From: a virus
DNA: 64,000 nt
IMG/VR virus record: IMGVR_UViG_3300019487_000002
Direction: 5' to 3' (one strand)
The notes under the pieces were generated by a model. The model was not told where the DNA came from. It saw nothing but the letters and a program-made list of their open reading frames with translations, and ran no database searches. The translations under genes were made by a program, and so were the position numbers. Shown one piece after another: positions 53,770 through 61,708 of this stretch. Each line of letters starts with the position of its first letter. Positions within the stretch are counted from its first letter, which is position 1.

Positions 53770-54240
53770 ATGAAGAAGTTTCTTGCAATCCTGGCTCTCG
53801 TTGTGACGTTCGCGGCCCCCGCGTTCTCTACGAATCAGCCCAACCCGTGTGGCAATCACGGCAACAACTGTCAGTGTGAGACTGTAGACACTGGCGTAGA
53901 AGTTGATACCACAGTCGTCTGTGCCGCCGTCGCGGAGGCGTATGCCGTTGCCTTCGCCAAGTCCGTTTCCACCGCCGTTTCTACGGCTGTTTCTGAATCG
54001 AATTCAAGTGCATCTGCTAGCTGCGAGGCTGCTCAGGCTTCGTGTGAGTTGAGCGCGGCTAACAGCAACGAGGCCAATGCGTCGTGCGGTAATACGAGCG
54101 TCGTGTGTGGCTACACCGGGGACATTGACGAGCGCCTCTGTGAGAAGGTCCGTTTCAAGTACAACGCTGATGGTCAGCTTAAGTCGAAGCGTTGCGTCCG
54201 TTGGGTGTCTGGCCCTGTCGTTCCGGGTCCGACCCTCTAA
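53770..54240 (+). CDS. secreted Cys-rich A/S/V-rich protein
   Basis: Signal peptide MKKFLAILALVVTFAAPAFS; the mature part has multiple Cys. Confidence 0.65.
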   Translation: MKKFLAILALVVTFAAPAFSTNQPNPCGNHGNNCQCETVDTGVEVDTTVVCAAVAEAYAVAFAKSVSTAVSTAVSESNSSASASCEAAQASCELSAANSNEANASCGNTSVVCGYTGDIDERLCEKVRFKYNADGQLKSKRCVRWVSGPVVPGPTL

Positions 54241-54268
54241 TCCGAGTCCCAAATCCTCCCACAAAAGG

Positions 54269-54308
54269 AAGCCGGTTGGGTCTCTTGACTCAGCCGGCTT
54301 TTCCGTTT
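54269..54308 (+). terminator. intrinsic terminator
   Basis: AAGCCGG, an 18-nt loop, then CCGGCTT followed by TTTTCCGTTT. Confidence 0.55.
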
Positions 54309-54313
54309 ATAGT
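54285..54313 (+). promoter_or_regulatory. sigma70-type promoter embedded in the terminator
   Basis: TTGACT-N17-TATAGT, then 8 nt to ATG 54322. Confidence 0.5.
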
Positions 54314-54321
54314 ATAAACAC

Positions 54322-54534
54322 ATGACACGAGAAATGCAAATCCTAGCCGAATTTGCTGCACGCGCTTTACAAGTAGACGTATACGGCGCTCATGGTGTGC
54401 AAAAGACCTTCGAGGCTCTACGACCGGACGGAGGAGAGGATGCGCTAAAGCATCGGACTTGGCCGATCATGGGAAAGTTCTCGATGGCCGACGTAAAGTC
54501 GGTCCTGGCCCTCTTGAAGAAGGAAGGATTCTAA
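54322..54534 (+). CDS. hypothetical protein
   Basis: 70-aa ORF. Confidence 0.5.
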   Translation: MTREMQILAEFAARALQVDVYGAHGVQKTFEALRPDGGEDALKHRTWPIMGKFSMADVKSVLALLKKEGF

Positions 54535-55065
54535 ATGATCTACTTTACCTCAGACACTCATTTCGGCCATACCAATATCATCAAGTATTGTGATCGGCCG
54601 TTTGCGAACGTAGACGAAATGAATCGGGTCATGACCGAGCGATGGAATAGCGTGGTCAAGCCTGAGGATACCGTCTTTCACCTTGGCGACGTGGCAATGG
54701 GTCCAAAGCATCTGATTCCGAGCTATATGGCGGGCCTCAACGGGAAGGTCATTCTCATTGCTGGCAATCATGATCGCGTAACTGAATTTCTCAAGCTGAG
54801 TATTGAGGTTCACGAGGAATACCGGATGCCGATTGGCAATGATAGCTATATCTATATGCATCATGAGCCATATTACATGGCGGAACCTGATCCGATGATG
54901 CTGTTCTTCCTGTGTGGGCATATCCACCAGCAGTATCGGCGCCGCACCTACGGCAATGGTCAGAAGATTATCAACGTCGGCGTAGACGTTTGGGATTTTA
55001 CTCCTCGCACCCTCTATCAGCTTATGGAAGGTGACAACGAAGGGACTACGGAGAATTGGGTATGA
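54535..55065 (+). CDS. metallophosphoesterase
   Basis: YFTSDTHFGH, HLGDV, GNHD and GHIH motifs. Confidence 0.75.
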   Translation: MIYFTSDTHFGHTNIIKYCDRPFANVDEMNRVMTERWNSVVKPEDTVFHLGDVAMGPKHLIPSYMAGLNGKVILIAGNHDRVTEFLKLSIEVHEEYRMPIGNDSYIYMHHEPYYMAEPDPMMLFFLCGHIHQQYRRRTYGNGQKIINVGVDVWDFTPRTLYQLMEGDNEGTTENWV

Positions 55066-55241
55066 GTTTTATCGAAATGTGGTTTTTCCTTGCAATGACA
55101 GCAAACGGTATTCCCGTTCATACGGGGCCATTTAAGACCGAGACTGATTGCAAGGCGGCTATGCATGTGGCGACCACTCAGCCACACGATATTACGATGC
55201 CTCGAATGTTTGTTGTTCTTCCGTGCTGGCGGGGTCAGTGA
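55062..55241 (+). CDS. hypothetical small membrane protein
   Basis: ATGA junction; hydrophobic N-terminus. Confidence 0.45.
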   Translation: MSFIEMWFFLAMTANGIPVHTGPFKTETDCKAAMHVATTQPHDITMPRMFVVLPCWRGQ

Positions 55242-55627
55242 ATCTCTATGAGATTCTAGTTCCTACCGTGCGTCCAAACGGGCGACCGATACGGACGAAG
55301 TGTCACCGCCAATGGGATGAACAGGTACGCCGCATTACGTCGGGGCTTACTATTCTCAATCCGACGAAGGGACAGTGGATTTCCCCTTCTGGCGAATTAT
55401 TCATAGAGCGCATGATCCCTGTACGCATCATGTGTACGCAGAAGCAGATTGAGCAAATTGCCTTGATGACGATTAAGTTTTACGAGCAGCAAGCGGTGAT
55501 GTACTACCGTGTCAGTGATGAAGTAAAGATCGTGTACGCACCGGAAAAGAAAATCAAATGTTCTTACCGTGGTTCTTCTCGGCGGTGTAAAAGAGAATCA
55601 GGACATATGGGCGCGCACGTAATTTAA
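55238..55627 (+). CDS. hypothetical protein
   Basis: GTG 55238 overlaps the upstream stop; begins VNLYEILVPT. Confidence 0.55.
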   Translation: MNLYEILVPTVRPNGRPIRTKCHRQWDEQVRRITSGLTILNPTKGQWISPSGELFIERMIPVRIMCTQKQIEQIALMTIKFYEQQAVMYYRVSDEVKIVYAPEKKIKCSYRGSSRRCKRESGHMGAHVI

Positions 55628-56049
55628 CAATAAGTTCCGGCACGCCTGAATCGCGTTCTTCGCTTGTGACAGTTTGCACAGGCAATCTCACATTTATCAA
55701 TTTCTTTTTCTATCCTCCACCACGGCCAGCCTTGATAAACTGCGACAGAAACGTCAACAAGCTTGTCCCGCAAATGATCGAACTCCAGAACAATCGGGTC
55801 GTCTTCTCCGCAATCTTTGCAAGGATTGTCCCTTAGATATTCTAGGACTCTTTTCTTATTCTCAGCCACTATTAGCCTCTTTCTTGTGGCAACGAGCTTG
55901 ATATGATTTTCTCTATTTCTTTGATAATACCGTGCGCTTTTTGCGCGGCTACATAATTTGCATATTGTTTGATAGCCGTCTCTTTTGGTTTTATTTTTGT
56001 TGAAGCTTGACTTAGGTTTAGGAATCTGGCAAAGTGAGCATGTCTTCAT
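55624..56049 (-). CDS. HNH endonuclease
   Basis: CSLC..CKLC N-terminal ribbon, LEFDHLRDK, and CANCHKRRT. Confidence 0.75.
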   Translation of the reverse strand: MKTCSLCQIPKPKSSFNKNKTKRDGYQTICKLCSRAKSARYYQRNRENHIKLVATRKRLIVAENKKRVLEYLRDNPCKDCGEDDPIVLEFDHLRDKLVDVSVAVYQGWPWWRIEKEIDKCEIACANCHKRRTRFRRAGTYC

Positions 56050-56084
56050 GTACTTTTAAACTCTTTTGCTACTTAAAAGTACAT
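56048..56084 (-). promoter_or_regulatory. 12-bp perfect hairpin covering the first 2 nt of the HNH start codon
   Basis: ATGTACTTTTAA, a 13-nt loop, then TTAAAAGTACAT. The A and U of the minus-strand AUG (56049-56047) lie in the 3' arm. Confidence 0.45.
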
Positions 56085-56091
56085 AGTGTTT

Positions 56092-56165
56092 GGGAGCATA
56101 GCTCAGGTTGGTAGAGCTACCGCCTTTTAAGCGGAAGGTCGCAGGTTCGACCCCTGCTGCTCCCA
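56092..56165 (+). tRNA. tRNA-Lys (anticodon UUU)
   Basis: Manual cloverleaf: a 7-bp perfect acceptor stem, D arm GCTC/GAGC, anticodon loop CTTTTAA, T arm GCAGG-TTCGACC-CCTGC, discriminator A. Positions 27:43 form an A-A mismatch. Confidence 0.9.
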
Positions 56166-56181
56166 CTAAAGCACTCGCGTA

Positions 56182-56210
56182 TTGACTTAATGACCAATAA
56201 CCCTTATAAT
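56182..56210 (+). promoter_or_regulatory. sigma70-type promoter with the GCGTATTGACT motif
   Basis: GCGTA-TTGACT-N17-TATAAT, then 7 nt to ATG 56218. Confidence 0.65.
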
Positions 56211-56217
56211 ACACGAC

Positions 56218-57003
56218 ATGCATCGTTCATGGCCTGAGCACTGCATACTCCCTGAGGGGAGGTATGTGGTCGTGGGTGATCTCCAGAATGGGTATGGTGC
56301 TATGCCTTACCTTGAGGAGCGTACCGACCTTATCAAGCTTTTTATTGGGGATTACCTCGATAGCTGGATTGCTACGCCCGCAGCGCAGGTGCGTGAACTC
56401 CAGCGCATTCTTAACCTCATAGAGCGTGGGGAGGCGGTTGCTGTGTGGGGAAATCACGATGCCCATTACTTCGGTCCTGGCTTTATTCAGGGCTCTGGAT
56501 GGAATCCAACTACGAAGGCGCTTGTAACGCCTATGAGAATGGCAATGGAGAAGCTTATTCGGCCTTTCCTTTACCATGAGCGGAGCCGGGCTCTGTTCAC
56601 GCATGCCGGCCTTACCAAGAAGCTTTGGGATAGGTGCGAGCTTGATTTCGATTCGCTGGTGCCCACGCTTCACGGTTGGAGCCTCAACTACGATAGCCCG
56701 TTTTTCAACATCGGATATGGTCGCGGAGGTTTCGGTATTGGTGGTCCTCTCTGGTGTGATTGGCATACAGAGTTTGAGCCCGTTCCTGGGCTTACACAGG
56801 TAGTCGGCCACACTGGTAGCTTCCACAAGAAGCCAAAGGTAGACGGCGACCGATGGGGATACCTCCGATGCAAGGGCGGAAACAACTGGAACACGGATTG
56901 TCTTGGCCGTGATGACAGTTATGACTTCCTCATTTTTGATACATCAGACGCTTCTTTCTCGGGACTCCGCGTCGAGAAGAACGGAAACATATATCAGTCG
57001 TAG
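56218..57003 (+). CDS. calcineurin/lambda-phosphatase-type metallophosphoesterase
   Basis: VVGDLQNGYG, GDYLDSW, WGNHD, THAG and VGHT motifs. Confidence 0.75.
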   Translation: MHRSWPEHCILPEGRYVVVGDLQNGYGAMPYLEERTDLIKLFIGDYLDSWIATPAAQVRELQRILNLIERGEAVAVWGNHDAHYFGPGFIQGSGWNPTTKALVTPMRMAMEKLIRPFLYHERSRALFTHAGLTKKLWDRCELDFDSLVPTLHGWSLNYDSPFFNIGYGRGGFGIGGPLWCDWHTEFEPVPGLTQVVGHTGSFHKKPKVDGDRWGYLRCKGGNNWNTDCLGRDDSYDFLIFDTSDASFSGLRVEKNGNIYQS

Positions 57004-57007
57004 AGAA

Positions 57008-57022
57008 TATGAGAGATATTAC
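57008..57022. repeat. inverted partial copy of the 23-bp repeat
   Basis: TATGAGAGATATTAC is the reverse complement of GTAATATCTCTCATA. Confidence 0.6.
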
Positions 57023-57077
57023 TTTAAGCGCCGATAAAGTGCTTGAAAACTCAAGGCGAAATGCGTAAAACGCAAAG

Positions 57078-57123
57078 TCTGTAATATCTCTCATACAGAA
57101 TCTGTAATATCTCTCATACAGAA
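57078..57123 (+). repeat. perfect tandem duplication of a 23-bp unit (candidate operators)
   Basis: TCTGTAATATCTCTCATACAGAA twice with no spacer. Each unit carries TCTGTA / TACAGA inverted arms. The repeat ends 12 nt before the ligase ATG. Confidence 0.9.
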
Positions 57124-57135
57124 CATGATAAACAT

Positions 57136-58299
57136 ATGAGTGACTTTTGGAACATACGAGTAGAAAATGGTATGCGGCTTATTACGCCGTCGCACTCTGC
57201 GGCGGTCGGGAATGCGGCATGGTCCCGCGACAATCTGTGGTGGCGCTCGCGTGTCGAGACGGTCAAGGGTGAACTTGTTTCTCAGGGCTTTGGAAAGTTT
57301 TTCAACCTGGGGATGGGTCCGCTCGATCTGAATATTGGTCTTGCAGACGTAGCGAAGGCGGTAGATCGTGGAGACGCCTTGGCGACTCTCAAGCTGGATG
57401 GATCGCTCCTCATTCGATCGGTGTATAAGGGGAAGGTCATACTCCGCACGCGGGGCTCGTTTACCTATGAGCACTTGGACAATGCATTCGAAATGGAGGA
57501 GTTCAAGCGCAAGTACCCGCTGCTTTTCGATCCGATCTTTGCGTATAACTACTCTTTGCTTCTGGAGTGGGTATCTCCTAATAACGTAATTGTTATTAAG
57601 TACCCCGAGCCTGAGCTTGTGATCGTCGGCGCGGTAGACCACCGCACTATGTCGTATGTGCGAGCAGAGGAATTGAAGGCGTTCGCGGAAATGACGGATA
57701 TGACGGATATGAAGATGGTTGATTTCTTCCCTTTGACCAAAAAGGGCTGGGAAGATTTGTATGCGAATCTCGACTCCAATCATGAGGTTGAGGGATACGT
57801 CATTCGCCTGAATAACGAGCAGCGTCTTGTTAAGGTCAAGTGTGCGCCGTATCTGACGAAGCATTCTCTTAAGTCGCGCCTGGATTCGGAGACACTCGCG
57901 GATATGTATTTCCAGTACGGCCGCCCTGACTTCTCGGGATTTGTTACGGAGTTTGGAAAGTCCTTTGACGAGGAAGTCGCTATGTGGGCCATGCCGGCGA
58001 TTGCTTCGTTGTATGATGGTGTTCGTGAGCTTAACGCTATCGAGCGTCATATTACGGAAAAGGTTGCAAAGCGTCGTGAGGGGGGTCTTTCTCGGAAAGA
58101 GTTTGCTATCGTGACGCAAAACGAGTATGGTAAGACGAAGAAGTTTGCATTCGCCATGAACCTGTTTCTTGGGATTCACGGAGACAAGAACGATAAGCTT
58201 CTCAAGTCGATTCTTTTGCAGAATACAAAGCAGATTGAAATGTCTTTCTTGAAGGCCGGTCGGGATGATCTAGAGCCTGATGATGGCTTGGAGGTTTAA
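57136..58299 (+). CDS. rnlA: T4 Rnl1-type RNA ligase
   Basis: FGKFFNL, motif I LKLDGSL, LEWVSPNNVIVIKY, EGYVIR and VKVKCAPYLTKH are collinear with T4 RnlA blocks; 387 aa. Confidence 0.85.
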   Translation: MSDFWNIRVENGMRLITPSHSAAVGNAAWSRDNLWWRSRVETVKGELVSQGFGKFFNLGMGPLDLNIGLADVAKAVDRGDALATLKLDGSLLIRSVYKGKVILRTRGSFTYEHLDNAFEMEEFKRKYPLLFDPIFAYNYSLLLEWVSPNNVIVIKYPEPELVIVGAVDHRTMSYVRAEELKAFAEMTDMTDMKMVDFFPLTKKGWEDLYANLDSNHEVEGYVIRLNNEQRLVKVKCAPYLTKHSLKSRLDSETLADMYFQYGRPDFSGFVTEFGKSFDEEVAMWAMPAIASLYDGVRELNAIERHITEKVAKRREGGLSRKEFAIVTQNEYGKTKKFAFAMNLFLGIHGDKNDKLLKSILLQNTKQIEMSFLKAGRDDLEPDDGLEV

Positions 58300-58658
58300 T
58301 GCGCGCTAGAAGTTTCTTTGGACAATCAGGATTTTCTTATCCGATTATTTCTTCTCCATTGATTTCCATAGCTGTTTTGACAGCTTTGGGGTATATTCCA
58401 CTATGGGTCACGGCCACATATTTGGGCCTTCTTGGCGTTTCGACGCTTTACCTCAAGTATTTGAGAATTCCGCATCTTAAGCGGGTCGCTGTATGTCTCA
58501 CTTACTTTGGAATGGTCCGTTGTCCACATGGCAAGTATCTCCCCGATCAGATTTGTGAAACGTGTGCCGAAGCTTTTATTGCACGCCAGGAACAAGCATA
58601 TGTGAATTTGATTCAACAGCAGACTCAGGCGCCTGGGCCTAAAGAAACAGTTCATTAA
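58299..58658 (+). CDS. hypothetical membrane protein
   Basis: Two hydrophobic helices, then CPHG..CETC. Confidence 0.55.
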   Translation: MRARSFFGQSGFSYPIISSPLISIAVLTALGYIPLWVTATYLGLLGVSTLYLKYLRIPHLKRVAVCLTYFGMVRCPHGKYLPDQICETCAEAFIARQEQAYVNLIQQQTQAPGPKETVH

Positions 58659-58661
58659 TAC

Positions 58662-58745
58662 GCCGGTATGGCGGAATTGGCAGACGCAGAGGATTCAAAA
58701 TCCTCCGCCTTAAAAGGCATGGGGGTTCGACTCCCTCTACCGGCA
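58662..58745 (+). tRNA. tRNA-Leu (anticodon CAA), type II with long variable arm
   Basis: Manual fold: acceptor GCCGGTA/TACCGGC, anticodon stem GAGGA/TCCTC with loop TTCAAAA, variable arm GCC-TTAAAA-GGC, T loop TTCGACT. Confidence 0.9.
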
Positions 58746-58749
58746 CTCT

Positions 58750-59043
58750 ATGAGTAAAAGAGAACGTGAGCGAAAGTATTACTTAGAAATTCGCAAGCGA
58801 GTAATGCATTGGTTGGGTAAGGTCTGTGAAAGGTGCGGAGAAAAAGATTTTCGTGTCCTTCAAATATCGCACTTCAAACCGATTAGAAGGAAAACTCGTA
58901 CTTCATCCGACAGTGGAAGCGCCTTAGTTCGATTCCTTAATAAAAAAGGACAGAGTTATACGGTTAAGAATTTTCGATTATTGTGTGCTAACGATCACTT
59001 ACGTAGGACATGGGAAAACGGTGAGTGGTGTAATAGAAAATGA
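58750..59043 (+). CDS. HNH-like endonuclease
   Basis: [13 protein letters not shown] and [11 protein letters not shown]. It starts 4 nt after the tRNA-Leu. Confidence 0.65.
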   Translation: MSKRERERKYYLEIRKRVMHWLGKVCERCGEKDFRVLQISHFKPIRRKTRTSSDSGSALVRFLNKKGQSYTVKNFRLLCANDHLRRTWENGEWCNRK

Positions 59044-60020
59044 CTCATAGCAAAGCCTACCAAATCCTTGGGCTTGAATCGGGAGCTAGCTCGGAAGATA
59101 TTCAGAAAGCATTCCGGCGGCTTTCTAAAAAGTATCATCCAGATAAGAACGCGGGAAGCAAGGAAGCAGAAGAAAAATTCAAAGAACTCAACGAAGCCAA
59201 GGAATCCCTACTCTCCAAGGACGGTTCCATTCGAGACGAGGAAGACTACTTCTCGGCACAGATGCGGGAGTACCAAGATACCGCTTTTGAGCATCTATTC
59301 CGTAACATGACTTCGCGCTCCCGCGCTGGGGATGATTTGCACCACATTCTCGAAATTACGCTAGAAGAAGCCGCATTAGGAGGGATGAAAACTTTCACTA
59401 CTATGCGGCTAGTAAAGTGTGAGCCTTGTCATGGGCGAGGCGGGACAGGGGAAGAAGCGTGTAATCAGTGTGGCGGACATGGGCATACGGCATCTACGAT
59501 GGGCTCGATATTTATGCAGCAAGTCTGTTTTGTCTGCCAAGGTCGTGGTTCACAGATAAAAAGCAAATGTAGCGTGTGTAGAGGAGAAGGACGCTTTCCA
59601 AAGGAAGAAGTGGTGACGGTTCAACTCAAGCCAGGGATAGATGATGGATTTACGCTAATGAAGCGAAATTCCGGCCATGCTGGCAAAGATGGAGGCCGCC
59701 CCGGTAACTTCTTTGTGCATATCGTACAGAAACCCCACTCCACATTCCAAAGAGACGGATTAAATCTTAATACGGAAATTGCTATTCCCTTTCACCTAGC
59801 AGCACTTGGGGGCGATATTGAAATTCCGACGTTAGTGGGACCGAAGGTGAAATTGAAAATTCCACCCGGTACACAACCAATGACAGAATTTCGTTTGCAA
59901 GGGAAGGGCATTCAATGCGATAGTGTTACCGGAGACCTAATGGTTGCTGCTCGGGTTGAAATACCCACCGTTTTAAGCGATAAGCAAAAAAGGCTTCTAA
60001 AAGAATTTGCGAGGTCATAA
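59040..60020 (+). CDS. dnaJ: DnaJ-type co-chaperone
   Basis: J domain [14 protein letters not shown]. Four CxxCxGxG repeats ([32 protein letters not shown]). C-terminal substrate-binding domain. Confidence 0.85.
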   Translation: MTHSKAYQILGLESGASSEDIQKAFRRLSKKYHPDKNAGSKEAEEKFKELNEAKESLLSKDGSIRDEEDYFSAQMREYQDTAFEHLFRNMTSRSRAGDDLHHILEITLEEAALGGMKTFTTMRLVKCEPCHGRGGTGEEACNQCGGHGHTASTMGSIFMQQVCFVCQGRGSQIKSKCSVCRGEGRFPKEEVVTVQLKPGIDDGFTLMKRNSGHAGKDGGRPGNFFVHIVQKPHSTFQRDGLNLNTEIAIPFHLAALGGDIEIPTLVGPKVKLKIPPGTQPMTEFRLQGKGIQCDSVTGDLMVAARVEIPTVLSDKQKRLLKEFARS

Positions 60021-60021
60021 A

Positions 60022-60201
60022 ATGTCAAAAGATGAATTGATTAGTTCCATTGAGAATGAAGTGAAGTACCGGCTGGAGAGCTTGATACCTGGAGCCGTTG
60101 TGACAACGTATACCGACCTTGATTCAGCTCCGTCACGACACGGGCTGAACGTGAAAGGCGATGAATGGGAAATCGAAATCGCAATCTTTGCGAAGCCGTA
60201 A
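60022..60201 (+). CDS. hypothetical protein
   Basis: 59 aa; the ATG lies 2 nt after the dnaJ stop. Confidence 0.45.
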   Translation: MSKDELISSIENEVKYRLESLIPGAVVTTYTDLDSAPSRHGLNVKGDEWEIEIAIFAKP

Positions 60202-60373
60202 AGAATCTTACGGTATCCAAAGAGCAATTCGTAACATGCCTACGCCAGATATATGTGGGCTGTGCAATCGTGACAGGCGTGCTTTTAATCGCTTGTTTTG
60301 TGAGGGCTGTAATCTTCAGGTGAAAGACCTTTTCGACCGAGGGAAGGTTGACGGATAGCATAGCATCTGCGTA

Positions 60374-60402
60374 TTGACTAATTAACGCTCTCCGTATATA
60401 TT
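60374..60402 (+). promoter_or_regulatory. sigma70-type promoter with the GCGTATTGACT motif
   Basis: GCGTA-TTGACT-N17-TATATT, then 6 nt to ATG 60409. Confidence 0.6.
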
Positions 60403-60408
60403 GGCAGC

Positions 60409-61158
60409 ATGTACGTATATCGCCCCTTTGGGAATACTGAAATCTGTGTAGAGGATTTGTACCACACGCTGGGTCTTCTGCCCAATGGCAAGTACCCAGG
60501 AGTTTGCCAGCACTGTGGCAAGACCGGAATTCGGTATATCGCGCATGTGAAGCAGGACGTGGCTGACACGCTCGCCCGCGCGCTGGGCAACGAGACACAT
60601 AACGGCTCTCCCATCGAACGCTCCGAGGAGGAGCAGAACGACCTTTCCGCCGCTATGCTGGAAGGCAAAGAATTCAAGCAGATCGACGTTGGTTGTGTGT
60701 GCGTCGCCAAGTATTTCCTCGACTGTGGCGTTGACGCCGGTATGGCGCAGCGCGCTCAGGACGAGGTTTCCAAGATCATGCAGCTTTTGCAGCAGATGGC
60801 TGCTCTTGAGGCCGACCGTGATCCCGCCCGAATGACTGAGATTGAGAAGAATTGGCGCCTTGTCTGTGCCCTTCGCTCGCGCTACCACGCGGTTTCTAGT
60901 GTGAAGTATTGGCAGGAGCCGGCGCTTTCCGATCCTACCGCGCAGAATGAGTACATGAAGCTTCGTTTCAAGGTCAAGGACGAATACGAGAAGGCTGCGG
61001 AGCGGTGGAAGCGGGAGGCTCACGGGTACAAGTCTTACTTCATTGAGACGCGCCCCTTTGATCCCGCACAGCTTCTTGCGTACTACGACAGCAAGATCGT
61101 TTCACTCCAGCATAAGCTGGCCGTTTACCAGAGGGGAGTGCAGTACACCAATGGCTAA
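60409..61158 (+). CDS. hypothetical protein, apparently leaderless
   Basis: 249-aa ORF. Confidence 0.6.
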   Translation: MYVYRPFGNTEICVEDLYHTLGLLPNGKYPGVCQHCGKTGIRYIAHVKQDVADTLARALGNETHNGSPIERSEEEQNDLSAAMLEGKEFKQIDVGCVCVAKYFLDCGVDAGMAQRAQDEVSKIMQLLQQMAALEADRDPARMTEIEKNWRLVCALRSRYHAVSSVKYWQEPALSDPTAQNEYMKLRFKVKDEYEKAAERWKREAHGYKSYFIETRPFDPAQLLAYYDSKIVSLQHKLAVYQRGVQYTNG

Positions 61159-61708
61159 TACAAGCATGCGTTCGGTTCTTCCAGACATAAAGCTGGAAGA
61201 TGGAGACCACGAGAAGATTCGTCATGCACTCGCAATACTTTCTGAGGCTGGGCTGGATGAATCGACCATGGACTCCGTTAGCGGAAGCATTTCTATTAGT
61301 CACTGTGAAGGATGCTTTCGTTTCTGGCTGAATCGACAGCTTCATTACACCCCAAGCTGGGTGCCTGACATCTATGGCCGTGGGCGCCGCGTCGATACAA
61401 ACGAAATTCACAAAAAGCTGACCGAAGCAGGACACAAGACGGTATACCACTGTGAGGATTGCATCCTCAAAAGCGCCGAAGTAATGGCAAAGGCTGTTTT
61501 GACGTTAGCTAACAAAGATATGCGCCGCTTCTTCAAGCTGTACGCTCATAAGATCGAGCAGCTTACGTACAACCGAGGCTATCAGGATTCTCTCCCGTAT
61601 CGCTTCCATGTTGCTGTGGCGACTTCGCTTGTTCGCACCCTTCCTGCCAAGCAGCGGAAGTCCTTTGCGACCCTCTCAGAGATTCTCGCTAAGATGGAGA
61701 TTCTGTGA
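61151..61708 (+). CDS. hypothetical protein
   Basis: ATG 61151 (track start 61043). Confidence 0.55.
   Translation: MANTSMRSVLPDIKLEDGDHEKIRHALAILSEAGLDESTMDSVSGSISISHCEGCFRFWLNRQLHYTPSWVPDIYGRGRRVDTNEIHKKLTEAGHKTVYHCEDCILKSAEVMAKAVLTLANKDMRRFFKLYAHKIEQLTYNRGYQDSLPYRFHVAVATSLVRTLPAKQRKSFATLSEILAKMEIL

Noticed and set aside
57078-57123. CRISPR-like repeat
   Set aside because: There are only two directly abutting copies with no spacers, and no cas genes. This fits operator or UTR repeats.
57091-58179. 362-aa ORF on the minus strand
   Set aside because: It is antisense to the Rnl1-type ligase, whose sense frame carries KLDGSL and collinear Rnl1 blocks. The antisense product is R/L-rich low-information sequence.
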